DNA of 39,924 bases from a virus, in IMG/VR virus record IMGVR_UViG_3300044564_000006, positions 1 to 39,924 of that record. One strand, given 5' to 3'. Below are positions 17,500 through 25,912 of the stretch, in pieces; position 1 is the first letter of the stretch; every line of letters starts with the position of its first letter. Under the pieces are notes generated by a model, which made no database searches, was not told the origin of the DNA, and saw only the letters and a list, made by a program, of their open reading frames with translations. Made by a program: the position numbers and the translations under genes.

Positions 17500-18667
17500 C
17501 TGGGGCAATCAGGAGCGTGTTGACGTAATCCGCGCGTATGCCATCCAGCCGACGAACCTAGACTACACGCGCTACGAGATGGGCGGGCTGGTTCTAGCTG
17601 GCTCGTCCATCTCGTCCGCGTACTACAGCGACACCCGCGTCTCTGGCAAGCTCACGATAAGCGACGCGGACGGGGCCAAGGGTTGGGACAGGAACTCGTT
17701 CGTCCGCATAGTCCACGAGGTCCCGGGCGCGGGATACAGGCGCGAGCTTGGGACGTTTTTGGTTTCGGACGATGGCGGGAGCTACACGGGCGGCGAGGGC
17801 ACGCGCGACCTCACCCTGCAGAGCGGGCTGTATGCGCTGAAGAACGACATCCTGCGAAAGCAGGTTGTCGTGAAGCGCGGCACGAGATGGCAGACCGTCA
17901 TATCGGACATCCTCAGGGAGGTTCACAGGCCGTACGTGATCAGCTCGACCGACCGCAGGTGCGGCGCGGACGTGACCTACGAGACGAGCAAGGGGCGACT
18001 GGACGCGCTACTCGCCATGTGCAGCGCGGCGGGGTACCGCGCGGACGTTGACCCGCATGGCCGCGTGACGATAAAGGACTACAGGCTCCCCGTCCAGCGC
18101 GAGGGCAGCTTCACGCTCGACATGACCTCAAAGACTGGCATCGTGCACGACGGCCTGGGCTATTCGAGCGACTGGATATCCCGCCCGTCCGTCGCAATCA
18201 CCGAGACCACGTGGACGGACCAGGTGGACTTGGGAGAGCGCGACGAGAAGGGCCACAAGAAGAACACGACGGTGTACTCCGACCTAATCGGCCATGCGCG
18301 AATCACGAGCGGCTACAACTCCCTCGACGTGCGCGGCTATGACGTGACCGCGTACAAGTCCATCCAGGACGACCAGCACCACAGGAGCTACCCATACATG
18401 GACGGCGAAGCCGCGAAGATGCTGAGCTCAGACCAGTGGGAGGACACGGAGTTCTCGGTCACTACGCAATATCTGCCAATCTGGGCAGGTGACGTCGGCA
18501 CGCTCGTGCTGCCAAAGGGTCTAAGGGTATTCGACTCGATATATGGCGGCACGTACTCGGGGCAGGTGCGCGTGCTGGTCAAGTCGTGCGACCTCACGCT
18601 GGACACCATGCAACTCAAGCTGACCCTAAAGGTCGTGAATGCCAAGGATTCAGATGGGAGCGACTAG
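17489..18667 (+). CDS. Tail-associated / baseplate hub protein, Tal N-terminal-like.
   Basis: Synteny after Dit; 392 aa. Confidence 0.6.
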   Translation: MAIDWGNQERVDVIRAYAIQPTNLDYTRYEMGGLVLAGSSISSAYYSDTRVSGKLTISDADGAKGWDRNSFVRIVHEVPGAGYRRELGTFLVSDDGGSYTGGEGTRDLTLQSGLYALKNDILRKQVVVKRGTRWQTVISDILREVHRPYVISSTDRRCGADVTYETSKGRLDALLAMCSAAGYRADVDPHGRVTIKDYRLPVQREGSFTLDMTSKTGIVHDGLGYSSDWISRPSVAITETTWTDQVDLGERDEKGHKKNTTVYSDLIGHARITSGYNSLDVRGYDVTAYKSIQDDQHHRSYPYMDGEAAKMLSSDQWEDTEFSVTTQYLPIWAGDVGTLVLPKGLRVFDSIYGGTYSGQVRVLVKSCDLTLDTMQLKLTLKVVNAKDSDGSD

Positions 18668-18669
18668 CG

Positions 18670-20691
18670 ATGGACCTCAACGACCTCGCGCACAAGGTCT
18701 TCGGCGGCTCCGCACAGCCAGCCATTGCCGCGAGCGCACAACAGACCACGACCATCGGGACTGCGGCGGGCGACAGCGCCGATGGCATGGTGCCCGTGTA
18801 CCTTGACGCCAAGGTGTACACGGACGAGCGAAACCCCGATGACACGCAGGCAATCATGGTACCGACCACGCAGGACGCCCGCGAGGGTGACAGCGTGATA
18901 GTCGGCATCGACGGAACTGGGCACTCGGTTGTAACTGGCGTGATTGGCAGCGGTGACCGCACCAAGGCTGACGTGAAGGCCGTGGCGGACTCCCTCGCGG
19001 AGACGGACTCCAAGCTGGCAACAGTGCGTAGCGATGCGGATGCGCACGAGGCGGAGATAGCCAACGTCAAGCAGGACATAGCCGACTACAAGGCATCAGC
19101 CCAGGCAACCTACGCCACCAAGACCGACGTGGACTCAAAGACTGGCGCGATAACAAAGACGCTCACGGCTGACTACACAAAGACAGCCGACCTAGCATCA
19201 ACGGATGCCGTGAAGGACGCCAAGGCTGCTGGCACTGCGGCGCAGTCTCAGCTGAGCAGCTACAAGACCACCAACGACGCAGCGGTTGCCGCTGCCAAGA
19301 AGTCGGGTGACGATGCGGCGGCGGCGCTGGATAGCTACAAGGGTGTCGTGACCGAGACCTACGTCGAGAAGACGGAGCTGACCGAGGCAGTCAACCAGCT
19401 TTCCAGCACGATGACCTCGAACTACTCGTCCTTTGTGGACTATCGCCAGTACAACGACGCGGCGCTCAGCAAGGCGCAGAGCGACGCCGTCAACGCGCAG
19501 TCCACCATCGACTCGTACAAGCAGAGCAACGACCAGGCCGTCGCGGACGCCAAGGCGGCGGGAACCACCGCGCAGAACCAGCTCAACAGCTACAAGCAGA
19601 GCAACGACCAGGCGGTGGCGGACGCGAAGGCCGCTGGCATGACCGCGCAATCAGACCTCGACGCATACCGCGGCACCACGGACCAGCGCCTCGACGAGCT
19701 GAAGAACATAGCCGACAATGCCATCGAATCCTGGTACCTCAAGGGCGCGCCCACCACGTCCAACGCCCCGGCCAAGGACTGGACCACGGATGCATTGAAG
19801 AAGCGCCACGCCGGAGACCTCTACATGGATACCGACACGGGCTACTCCTATCGCTGGAGCGGCACGGCATGGGTTCAGGTCAAGGACAGCGACGTGACAA
19901 AGGCGCTGAAGGAGATTCAGAGCGTCAAGACCACATACGCCACGAAGTCGGAGCTGAATGCCACCGACACCGAACTCTCTGGCAAGGTCTCGGACTCGCT
20001 CACCACGGCGAAGGCGTACACCGACAGCTCGATATCGACCGAGGTCACCAACCGCAACGCGGCGATTCAGGCCAAGGCGGACTCAATCAACCTCAGCGTA
20101 AGCAAGACCTACACCAAGTACGAGACCTTCAGCGCCTACCAGACCGACGCGGACGGCAGGATTGCGACCGCAAACTCAAACGCCAGCACTGCGGTGAGCA
20201 CCGCAAAGACCGCTGCGAGCGACTCGGCAACGGCTAAGACAAACGCAAGCACGGCGGTAACGACGGCGAACAGCGCGGCGTCCACGGCGTCAAGCGCGAA
20301 GAGCGTGGCGGACTCCGCAAGCAGCACGGCGAATGCGGCATCGACAAACGCGAGCAACGCGGTATCTACCGCCAACGCCGCGAATTCGACCGCTCAGACG
20401 GCAAACGCTACCGCTCAGACGGCGAAATCGACCGCCGACTCCGCAAAGGATACCGCCGATGACGCCTACTCGCGAACCCTGCGCGTGCAGGTGTCAAGCA
20501 CGCCAGCAGACGCGGCTGGAGACACGTCCAAGCTCACCGCGACCGTATGGCGCGGAGGGCAGCAGCTCACGGAGCAGGAGGTGGCCAAGATGGGACTCGT
20601 CAAGTGGTACGTCGGTGACTCGTGCAAGGCCACGGGATGGACGTACACGTGCGCTGCTGGCACGGCTGTTCAGTGCAGATTGGAGGGCTAG
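18670..20691 (+). CDS. Tail fibre / tip protein with coiled-coil repeats and a low-complexity A/S/T/N region.
   Basis: ATG 18670 lies after TAG 18665-18667. N-terminal OB-like segment (GDSVIVGIDGTGHSVVTGVIG), 25-aa repeats, and GDLYMDTDTGYSYRWSGTAWV. Confidence 0.75.
   Translation: MDLNDLAHKVFGGSAQPAIAASAQQTTTIGTAAGDSADGMVPVYLDAKVYTDERNPDDTQAIMVPTTQDAREGDSVIVGIDGTGHSVVTGVIGSGDRTKADVKAVADSLAETDSKLATVRSDADAHEAEIANVKQDIADYKASAQATYATKTDVDSKTGAITKTLTADYTKTADLASTDAVKDAKAAGTAAQSQLSSYKTTNDAAVAAAKKSGDDAAAALDSYKGVVTETYVEKTELTEAVNQLSSTMTSNYSSFVDYRQYNDAALSKAQSDAVNAQSTIDSYKQSNDQAVADAKAAGTTAQNQLNSYKQSNDQAVADAKAAGMTAQSDLDAYRGTTDQRLDELKNIADNAIESWYLKGAPTTSNAPAKDWTTDALKKRHAGDLYMDTDTGYSYRWSGTAWVQVKDSDVTKALKEIQSVKTTYATKSELNATDTELSGKVSDSLTTAKAYTDSSISTEVTNRNAAIQAKADSINLSVSKTYTKYETFSAYQTDADGRIATANSNASTAVSTAKTAASDSATAKTNASTAVTTANSAASTASSAKSVADSASSTANAASTNASNAVSTANAANSTAQTANATAQTAKSTADSAKDTADDAYSRTLRVQVSSTPADAAGDTSKLTATVWRGGQQLTEQEVAKMGLVKWYVGDSCKATGWTYTCAAGTAVQCRLEG
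19513..19662 (+). repeat. Tandem 2 x 75 bp (25-aa) in-frame duplication, SYKQSNDQAVADAKAAG.TAQ..L.
   Basis: Read directly; the copies differ mostly at synonymous sites. Confidence 0.85.
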
Positions 20692-20692
20692 C

Positions 20693-21189
20693 ATGGCCCA
20701 GACATTCGAGTATCCGGACCTCATCGCTGGCACGCGCGGCACTTCCGTCTACAAGGAGGCATTTGACCAGCCGCAGGACGAGTCGCAGCCGTGGGACCTG
20801 CACAACGCGTCGATGACTCAGGAGAATTTCATGTGGGCCGACGGCCCGAGGAACATCCCGCTGAAGCCAGACACCGACTACACTCTTTATTTCTGGGCCG
20901 ACCGCACCGACAACATGGACTCCGCTGACGTCTGGATAATCGACGCGGATGGCGGATATGTCCCGCTCTGGTTTGCGTCTCCCTTCCAGATACCAGCTGG
21001 GGGGGGTACGTCTCGCGGACCTTCAGATTCAGCTACACGCCAAACGAGAACACGAAATACCAACTGCGCTTCGACAACAACGGCTCGACGGATGGCCAGG
21101 ACTCGGTTCTGCGCATTCGGGACGTCATGCTCACGGAGGGCACCGAGCCCCGCGCATGGGCACCAGCGGACGGGGAGGTGTGGCCGTAG
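20693..21189 (+). CDS. CBM/jelly-roll-like tail fibre accessory protein. The reading frame is broken at the G8 tract and needs a -1 shift or a 9th G.
   Basis: Upstream frame: MAQTFEYPDLI...FQIPAGG. Downstream frame: GYVSRTFRFSYTPNENTKYQLRFDNNG...MLTEGTEPRAWAPADGEVWP*, ending at TAG 21187-21189, which abuts the next start at 21190. Confidence 0.7.
20999..21006 (+). repeat. Homopolymer G8 (tract 1).
   Basis: ctgg|gggggg counted across the 21000/21001 line break. Confidence 0.95.
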
Positions 21190-23190
21190 GTGAGTAGCGA
21201 AATCAGGAACTTACTTACAGCGGACGGTGCCATAGAAGGCTATCGCTTGGTCCCTGGCTATGCATGGCCTGGATACAAAGAGGCTGGCAATCTGATACAG
21301 CGGGCCAAGTGCGAGCCTGGGAAGACCTACACGCTCAGATGCACCATGGGTGTCACTGGTGAGCTGTGCTTTGGGTTCTACATGCAAGACGGGTCTGCCG
21401 TGCGTCCATACGGATACACGTATTTTGCCGCTGGGAAAACAGCGGTAATTTCACTGGTCGCGCCCGAATACGCCGAGTACGCAGTGGCGTCGCGGGTCAG
21501 CGGGCAGAGAAGGCCCATGCTGGTCGAGGGCACCACGCCAGCAGCCTGGGCGCCCGCAGATGGCGAATCCCTGCCTGGGGGGGGTGCTCAGATGAGCGCT
21601 AACCTCTGGACGACCGACACCAACCTCAAACAGAACGCAGACGGCACGTACACGATGGGGGCCAAAGGCTCGTCAGCAGAGCTACAAGCAAAGACGTCAG
21701 GAATGGCCACTCTCGCAGAGAACCAAATCGTCCACATGGGTGCGTCGCTTCGCGGTAGAGCAGACAGTGGCTCGTGTCAGCCATACGTGGAATATGCAGA
21801 TGCAGCTGGAAATAAGAACTGGGTAGGCTTCCCAATCTGGACACCAACGGCAGAATGGCAGCGCTTCGAAGGTTCTTGCGTAGTGCCATCTGGGATGACA
21901 ATAACTGCGCTTGGTTTCAATAACAGTAGAACTACTGGAACCGTCGAGATTGCAAACCCCGTATTCTCCTATGGCGAGAGCGGACCCATACTCGCAAGCG
22001 ACTCGCACACGCCGTACGCGACGCAGGACCACGTGAAGGCCGTGTACGCCACCAACGCCGACCTCAAAATCTGTGAGGACGCGATTACCTCCGAGGTCAG
22101 CGAGCGCACGAAGCTAAGCGGGCGCGTAGGGACGCTCGAATCCACGTCAAGCGACCACACGACCAAGATTACGCAGCTCTCAAGCTCCATCGAGTCGATG
22201 GTCAAGGGCGAGGCCACGTACACCGCACCAGATGGCACGACCAAGACCAACGGGCTGTACAGCAAGATTGAGCAGACGGCGGACGGCATCAACAAGACGT
22301 TCGGCCAGTACACCAAGACCGCAGACCTCGCGGCCACGCAGGCCGTCAAGGACGCGAAAAAGGCGGGTACGGACGCGGCGATCGCAGCCAGTGCCGCACA
22401 ATCCACGGCGAACACCGCGAAGTCCACGGCGGACAACCTCGCCACGCTCATCCACGAGGGCGAGGACGGCATCACGGTCGGCAAGAGCGCAGACGGCAAG
22501 ACCTTCACGCAGGGCCGCACGCACATGAGCGCTGAAGACTTCGACGTGCTGGACGCGAATGGTGACCTCTTAGCGAGATTCGGAAAGACCGTAACTCTCG
22601 GAAGCGTCACCAAAAACAGCGGGGCCACGGTTCCGATTCTGTCCATAGCCTCGGAAGAGGAAACGCTTGAGGGCGAGAAGATTGAGAGCACAACCCTTAC
22701 TTCTGGCGACTCAATCTCCCTTTGGGCGACGGCAGGCACGCAAGACGCTGGGCAGCACACGGGATACGTCGAGGCGAACCGCTTCGGGGCAAACCTAGGA
22801 GCGATATCCGAGGACAGCGACACCACCGTTGCCGAGTCGGTCACTACCGATGCAAGAAACGGAATTTCCCTCTACACGACGAAGGGCGTTTCCATTGATT
22901 CCCCAGGCCTCGGCGGGACGAAAATCAAGAAGCGCTTCGCTGGCACGTCCGTCGTGAATTCCCTCGGCTCCGACTTCGACCTCTTCAGCGGGGATGCCTG
23001 CAAGTCGCGCTTCGGCGAGCTGATCATGCCCGATGACAACGCCTCGTGGGTGCTTCTCGCGAGCCCGGGGCAGGGGAGCTACGACCATCACATCACGCTA
23101 TCGCCAACGTCAAGTGGCGGCGTGCATGGCTACATCACACCGTCAGTTACTGGCAACGTCCGAGTCCAATGGATGTTCATCAAGTTCTAG
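21190..23190 (+). CDS. Receptor-binding tail fibre: two N-terminal CBM-like modules, a coiled coil and a C-terminal domain.
   Basis: 666 aa. It repeats the motif MLVEGTTPAAWAPADGE and shares YTKTADLAATQAVKDAKKAGT with the 18670 fibre. Confidence 0.75.
   Translation: MSSEIRNLLTADGAIEGYRLVPGYAWPGYKEAGNLIQRAKCEPGKTYTLRCTMGVTGELCFGFYMQDGSAVRPYGYTYFAAGKTAVISLVAPEYAEYAVASRVSGQRRPMLVEGTTPAAWAPADGESLPGGGAQMSANLWTTDTNLKQNADGTYTMGAKGSSAELQAKTSGMATLAENQIVHMGASLRGRADSGSCQPYVEYADAAGNKNWVGFPIWTPTAEWQRFEGSCVVPSGMTITALGFNNSRTTGTVEIANPVFSYGESGPILASDSHTPYATQDHVKAVYATNADLKICEDAITSEVSERTKLSGRVGTLESTSSDHTTKITQLSSSIESMVKGEATYTAPDGTTKTNGLYSKIEQTADGINKTFGQYTKTADLAATQAVKDAKKAGTDAAIAASAAQSTANTAKSTADNLATLIHEGEDGITVGKSADGKTFTQGRTHMSAEDFDVLDANGDLLARFGKTVTLGSVTKNSGATVPILSIASEEETLEGEKIESTTLTSGDSISLWATAGTQDAGQHTGYVEANRFGANLGAISEDSDTTVAESVTTDARNGISLYTTKGVSIDSPGLGGTKIKKRFAGTSVVNSLGSDFDLFSGDACKSRFGELIMPDDNASWVLLASPGQGSYDHHITLSPTSSGGVHGYITPSVTGNVRVQWMFIKF
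21577..21584 (+). repeat. Homopolymer G8 (tract 2), at a domain junction.
   Basis: cctggggggggtgctcagatgagc. Confidence 0.95.
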
Positions 23191-23208
23191 ACAGTTAGGA
23201 GCAAACCA

Positions 23209-23646
23209 ATGCATCAGGTTCCCCCGCACTTCATCGACGTGTTCATTCAGCCAGTGAGGGACAACCCGCAGGCTCAGACTGCGTTCGTGGCCCTCTGCCT
23301 GCTCATCCTGCTCGACATGCTCTTTGGCTTCGCGGCGGCATACAAGGACGGTCGCGTGCAATCGTCCGTGATGCGCGCTGGCCTGTGGCACAAGGCATCC
23401 GAGATGGGCGTGGTCGTCCTCGCCGACGTTGCCGATGGCATGCTGCTCGGAGGCATCGACCTCGGCTACTCCGCGCCCATCCTCACGGCGGCAATCGTCC
23501 TGCTGTGCGTCAATGAGTTCGTGAGCGTGTCGGAAAACCTCGTCAAGCTCAACCCAGAGCTTGCGGACCTGCACATCTTCGACCGCCTGAGCGAGTCCGC
23601 GAAGCACATCGCGGGCGTTGGCGGGCATGACGTGGCAGAACGCTGA
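23209..23646 (+). CDS. Holin, phage_holin_4-like.
   Basis: AGGAGC RBS; several hydrophobic helices; motif CVNEFVSVSENLVKL. Confidence 0.8.
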   Translation: MHQVPPHFIDVFIQPVRDNPQAQTAFVALCLLILLDMLFGFAAAYKDGRVQSSVMRAGLWHKASEMGVVVLADVADGMLLGGIDLGYSAPILTAAIVLLCVNEFVSVSENLVKLNPELADLHIFDRLSESAKHIAGVGGHDVAER

Positions 23647-23663
23647 GTAGGGCTGAGTAGCAC

Positions 23664-23852
23664 TTGGAAAACATCAAGGTTAAGCAACGCGACCTCCCGT
23701 GCTCGCGGACGTGCTGCATGTGCGGCGCACCCATGGTCGAGGTCCGCACGAAGACGGACGTGACAAAGGCCGCGCGAATCGTCTGGCAGGAGTGGCAGTG
23801 CCCGCGCTGCCTCCACACCGAGCGCGACAGGTACGCGGAAGGGGATGACTAG
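23664..23852 (+). CDS. Small zinc-ribbon protein (CCMC ... CPRC) between holin and endolysin. The start is uncertain (TTG).
   Basis: Two Cys pairs; it fills the intergenic gap exactly. Confidence 0.4.
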   Translation: MENIKVKQRDLPCSRTCCMCGAPMVEVRTKTDVTKAARIVWQEWQCPRCLHTERDRYAEGDD

Positions 23853-23854
23853 CC

Positions 23855-24736
23855 ATGCTCAAGGGCATCGACGTGTCCAGCAACGACGGGTGGCGCAATG
23901 GCCGGTTCGGGCGCTCGAACACCGAGGGCGCATACGTCGGCAGCGACTTCGTGATAGTCAAGCTGACGCAGGGGACGGGGTACGTCAATCCCCCGTATGC
24001 CAAGATGCTGGCCCGCGCCGAGGCGGACGGCAAGCTCATCGGTTGCTATCACTACGCTGGCGGCAGGAGCGCGGTTGCTGAGGCGCGGTATTTCGTCAAG
24101 CACGCCCAGCCGTACGTGGGCCGCGCTCTGCTGGTCCTCGACTTCGAGAGCATCCAGAACCGCGCGTGGGGTGACTACGGCTGGTGCCGCCGATTCGTGG
24201 ACGAGGTGCACCGACTCACTGGCGTGTGGTGCGCAATCTACATCCAGGCATCGAGCAGGGCCAAGGCCGCTTCTTGCGCGGACGTGTGCCCGCTGTGGCT
24301 GGCTGGCTATCCCGACTACCGCAACAGCTGGCAGGTGCCGACATTCAGGTATGGCACGAGCCCGTGGGAGACGTGGACGCTCTGGCAGTACACCAGCGGC
24401 GGGGGCACAGACCGCGACGTGGCACAGCTCGACCGCGCAGGGTGGCTGAGAATCGCAGGAAGCACTGAGACGTCCAGCGGCGAGAAGAAGCAGGAAGCAA
24501 CTGAGGAAGTGGAGGACGATATGGGAGTAATCGTTGAGCCGCGCAAGGACGGCAAGCCCGAGGGATACCAGGCATACGTCGCGGGTGGGAAGATTGTCAT
24601 CCTGACCAAGCCCGAGCAGGCTGCGGCGCTCGCGGCAATCGGGGTCAAGACCAAGATCGTCACCAGCGGGCAGATGGCGGCGCTAAGGCAGGTCATGGCC
24701 GTCACCAGCGCCAAGGGTGACGCGGCGAAGAAGTAG
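23855..24736 (+). CDS. Endolysin: GH25 muramidase plus a ~85-aa C-terminal domain of unknown type.
   Basis: MLKGIDVSSNDG...FVIVKLTQGTGYVNP...YHYA...LDFE...WQYTS. Confidence 0.88.
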   Translation: MLKGIDVSSNDGWRNGRFGRSNTEGAYVGSDFVIVKLTQGTGYVNPPYAKMLARAEADGKLIGCYHYAGGRSAVAEARYFVKHAQPYVGRALLVLDFESIQNRAWGDYGWCRRFVDEVHRLTGVWCAIYIQASSRAKAASCADVCPLWLAGYPDYRNSWQVPTFRYGTSPWETWTLWQYTSGGGTDRDVAQLDRAGWLRIAGSTETSSGEKKQEATEEVEDDMGVIVEPRKDGKPEGYQAYVAGGKIVILTKPEQAAALAAIGVKTKIVTSGQMAALRQVMAVTSAKGDAAKK

Positions 24737-24738
24737 GT

Positions 24739-24780
24739 GGCATAGCCTGGGCATAGCCTGGGCATAGCCTGGGCATAGCC
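24739..24780. repeat. 11-bp tandem repeat GGCATAGCCTG, ~3.8 copies.
   Basis: Read directly, immediately after the endolysin stop. Confidence 0.9.
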
Positions 24781-24820
24781 GCCCATCTGCCTCTGCCGAG
24801 AATTAGAACACATAACACAG

Positions 24821-24854
24821 CGCCCTCGCCCATCTCGGGCGGGGGCGTTTTTTT
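24821..24854 (+). terminator. Rho-independent terminator: 11-bp GC stem plus T7, with A7 absent on the 5' side.
   Basis: CGCCCTCGCCC-atctc-GGGCGGGGGCG-ttttttt. Confidence 0.8.
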
Positions 24855-24873
24855 GTTATGATGACACCAGTAA

Positions 24874-24918
24874 GCCCCGCGCCCTCTCCATCGGATGGTC
24901 AACTGCGGGGCCTTTTTT
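24874..24918 (+). terminator. Second hairpin (GCCCCGC...GCGGGGC) plus T6. It may also close the convergent leftward operon.
   Basis: Read directly. Confidence 0.55.
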
Positions 24919-24922
24919 GTGC

Positions 24923-25396
24923 CTAGCGTGGCTTTTCGTCCTCGCGCTCCATGTCATCGCGCGTGAAACTCCTCGCATACTCCGTGATTAGGTCGCTCAT
25001 CGGGCATCCCCTCCGCGCGGCCTCGGACTTAATCGACTTGTAAGCCCAAGACGGGACAGATAGTGACAGACGGGACATTCCGTTCTCGTCATCGCCTGGC
25101 GTGCCGAATTCAGCTTCGTAATCCTCGTTTGATAGACGGTCCTCCGCCCAGGATCGCGCATCGTCATAAGACATCGGCATGATGCGCGCCCCGCCGCTCC
25201 AGGAATTTTGCCCCTCGGCAACCGCGTACTGAGTGCGTGCTCCGCCCTCGCCATGCAGGAAGTATTCGCCAGTCCTCTTGCGATACAGAATCTCAATCAC
25301 TGAGTCAAAATCCCCCGCAAAAGTGTCGTTGCTCCAGCTTCCCACCTCGTGTGCCTTGTCGGTGTCGTAGACCTTCCCTCCGATAATCTTCCTCAT
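24923..25396 (-). CDS. Two-domain protein: an unassigned ~105-aa N-terminal domain plus a C-terminal ribbon-helix-helix-like DNA-binding segment.
   Basis: Very strong RBS AGGAGAGAGGAGAG. The C-terminus MSRLSLSVPSWAYKSIKSEAARRGCPMSDLITEYARSF is RHH/CopG-like. Confidence 0.6.
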   Translation of the reverse strand: MRKIIGGKVYDTDKAHEVGSWSNDTFAGDFDSVIEILYRKRTGEYFLHGEGGARTQYAVAEGQNSWSGGARIMPMSYDDARSWAEDRLSNEDYEAEFGTPGDDENGMSRLSLSVPSWAYKSIKSEAARRGCPMSDLITEYARSFTRDDMEREDEKPR

Positions 25397-25434
25397 GATC
25401 TCTCCTCTCTCCTTGATTTCATACGCCTTGTCTG

Positions 25435-25872
25435 TTACTTCGCTGCGGCGCGTGCCTCTTCGAGCTTTGCGTGGCCAGCAACGAGGTACGCGCGTCCACG
25501 GTTATAGATAACCAGGTCGGCGTATCCACCGAGGTTGGCGTATGCGGTGAGCTTCTCGGCGAACATGGTGTCGTAGGCACGGCTGCCGCTCATCAGGTTC
25601 TTGGTTGGGAAGGCGTCGAGGACCGAGTCCAGGAACTTTCCAGCGGAGATCTTGCCGTCGCTGATTCCGTCGTGATTCGCAACGTCCATCTCGATGCCGT
25701 CAATGATTGCCGACTTGATTGCGTCGGCGTCATCTTCGGAATTGCCGCACTTGATGGCGCACTCGCGGACGGTCTCGATGCAGCTGGAGGCGTAGTCCCT
25801 CACGTCGTTTGCGTATGCGACCTGCTTCTCGGTGCCGTTGAACTCCGCCGCCCAGAAATCCCTCTCGATCAT
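25435..25872 (-). CDS. Hypothetical 145-aa protein, first gene of the leftward operon.
   Basis: ATG at 25872 follows GAGAGGGG. The upstream part of the track ORF (to 25983) overlaps the promoter. Confidence 0.55.
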   Translation of the reverse strand: MIERDFWAAEFNGTEKQVAYANDVRDYASSCIETVRECAIKCGNSEDDADAIKSAIIDGIEMDVANHDGISDGKISAGKFLDSVLDAFPTKNLMSGSRAYDTMFAEKLTAYANLGGYADLVIYNRGRAYLVAGHAKLEEARAAAK

Positions 25873-25912
25873 CGTCTGCCCCTCTCGTAGGCATTTCCTC
25901 CTTGCAACTATT

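Noticed and set aside
18670-23190. Diversity-generating retroelement or invertible-segment control of the fibre genes.
   Set aside because: The genome has no reverse transcriptase or invertase. Differences between repeat copies are not adenine-specific, and no inverted repeats flank the fibre modules.
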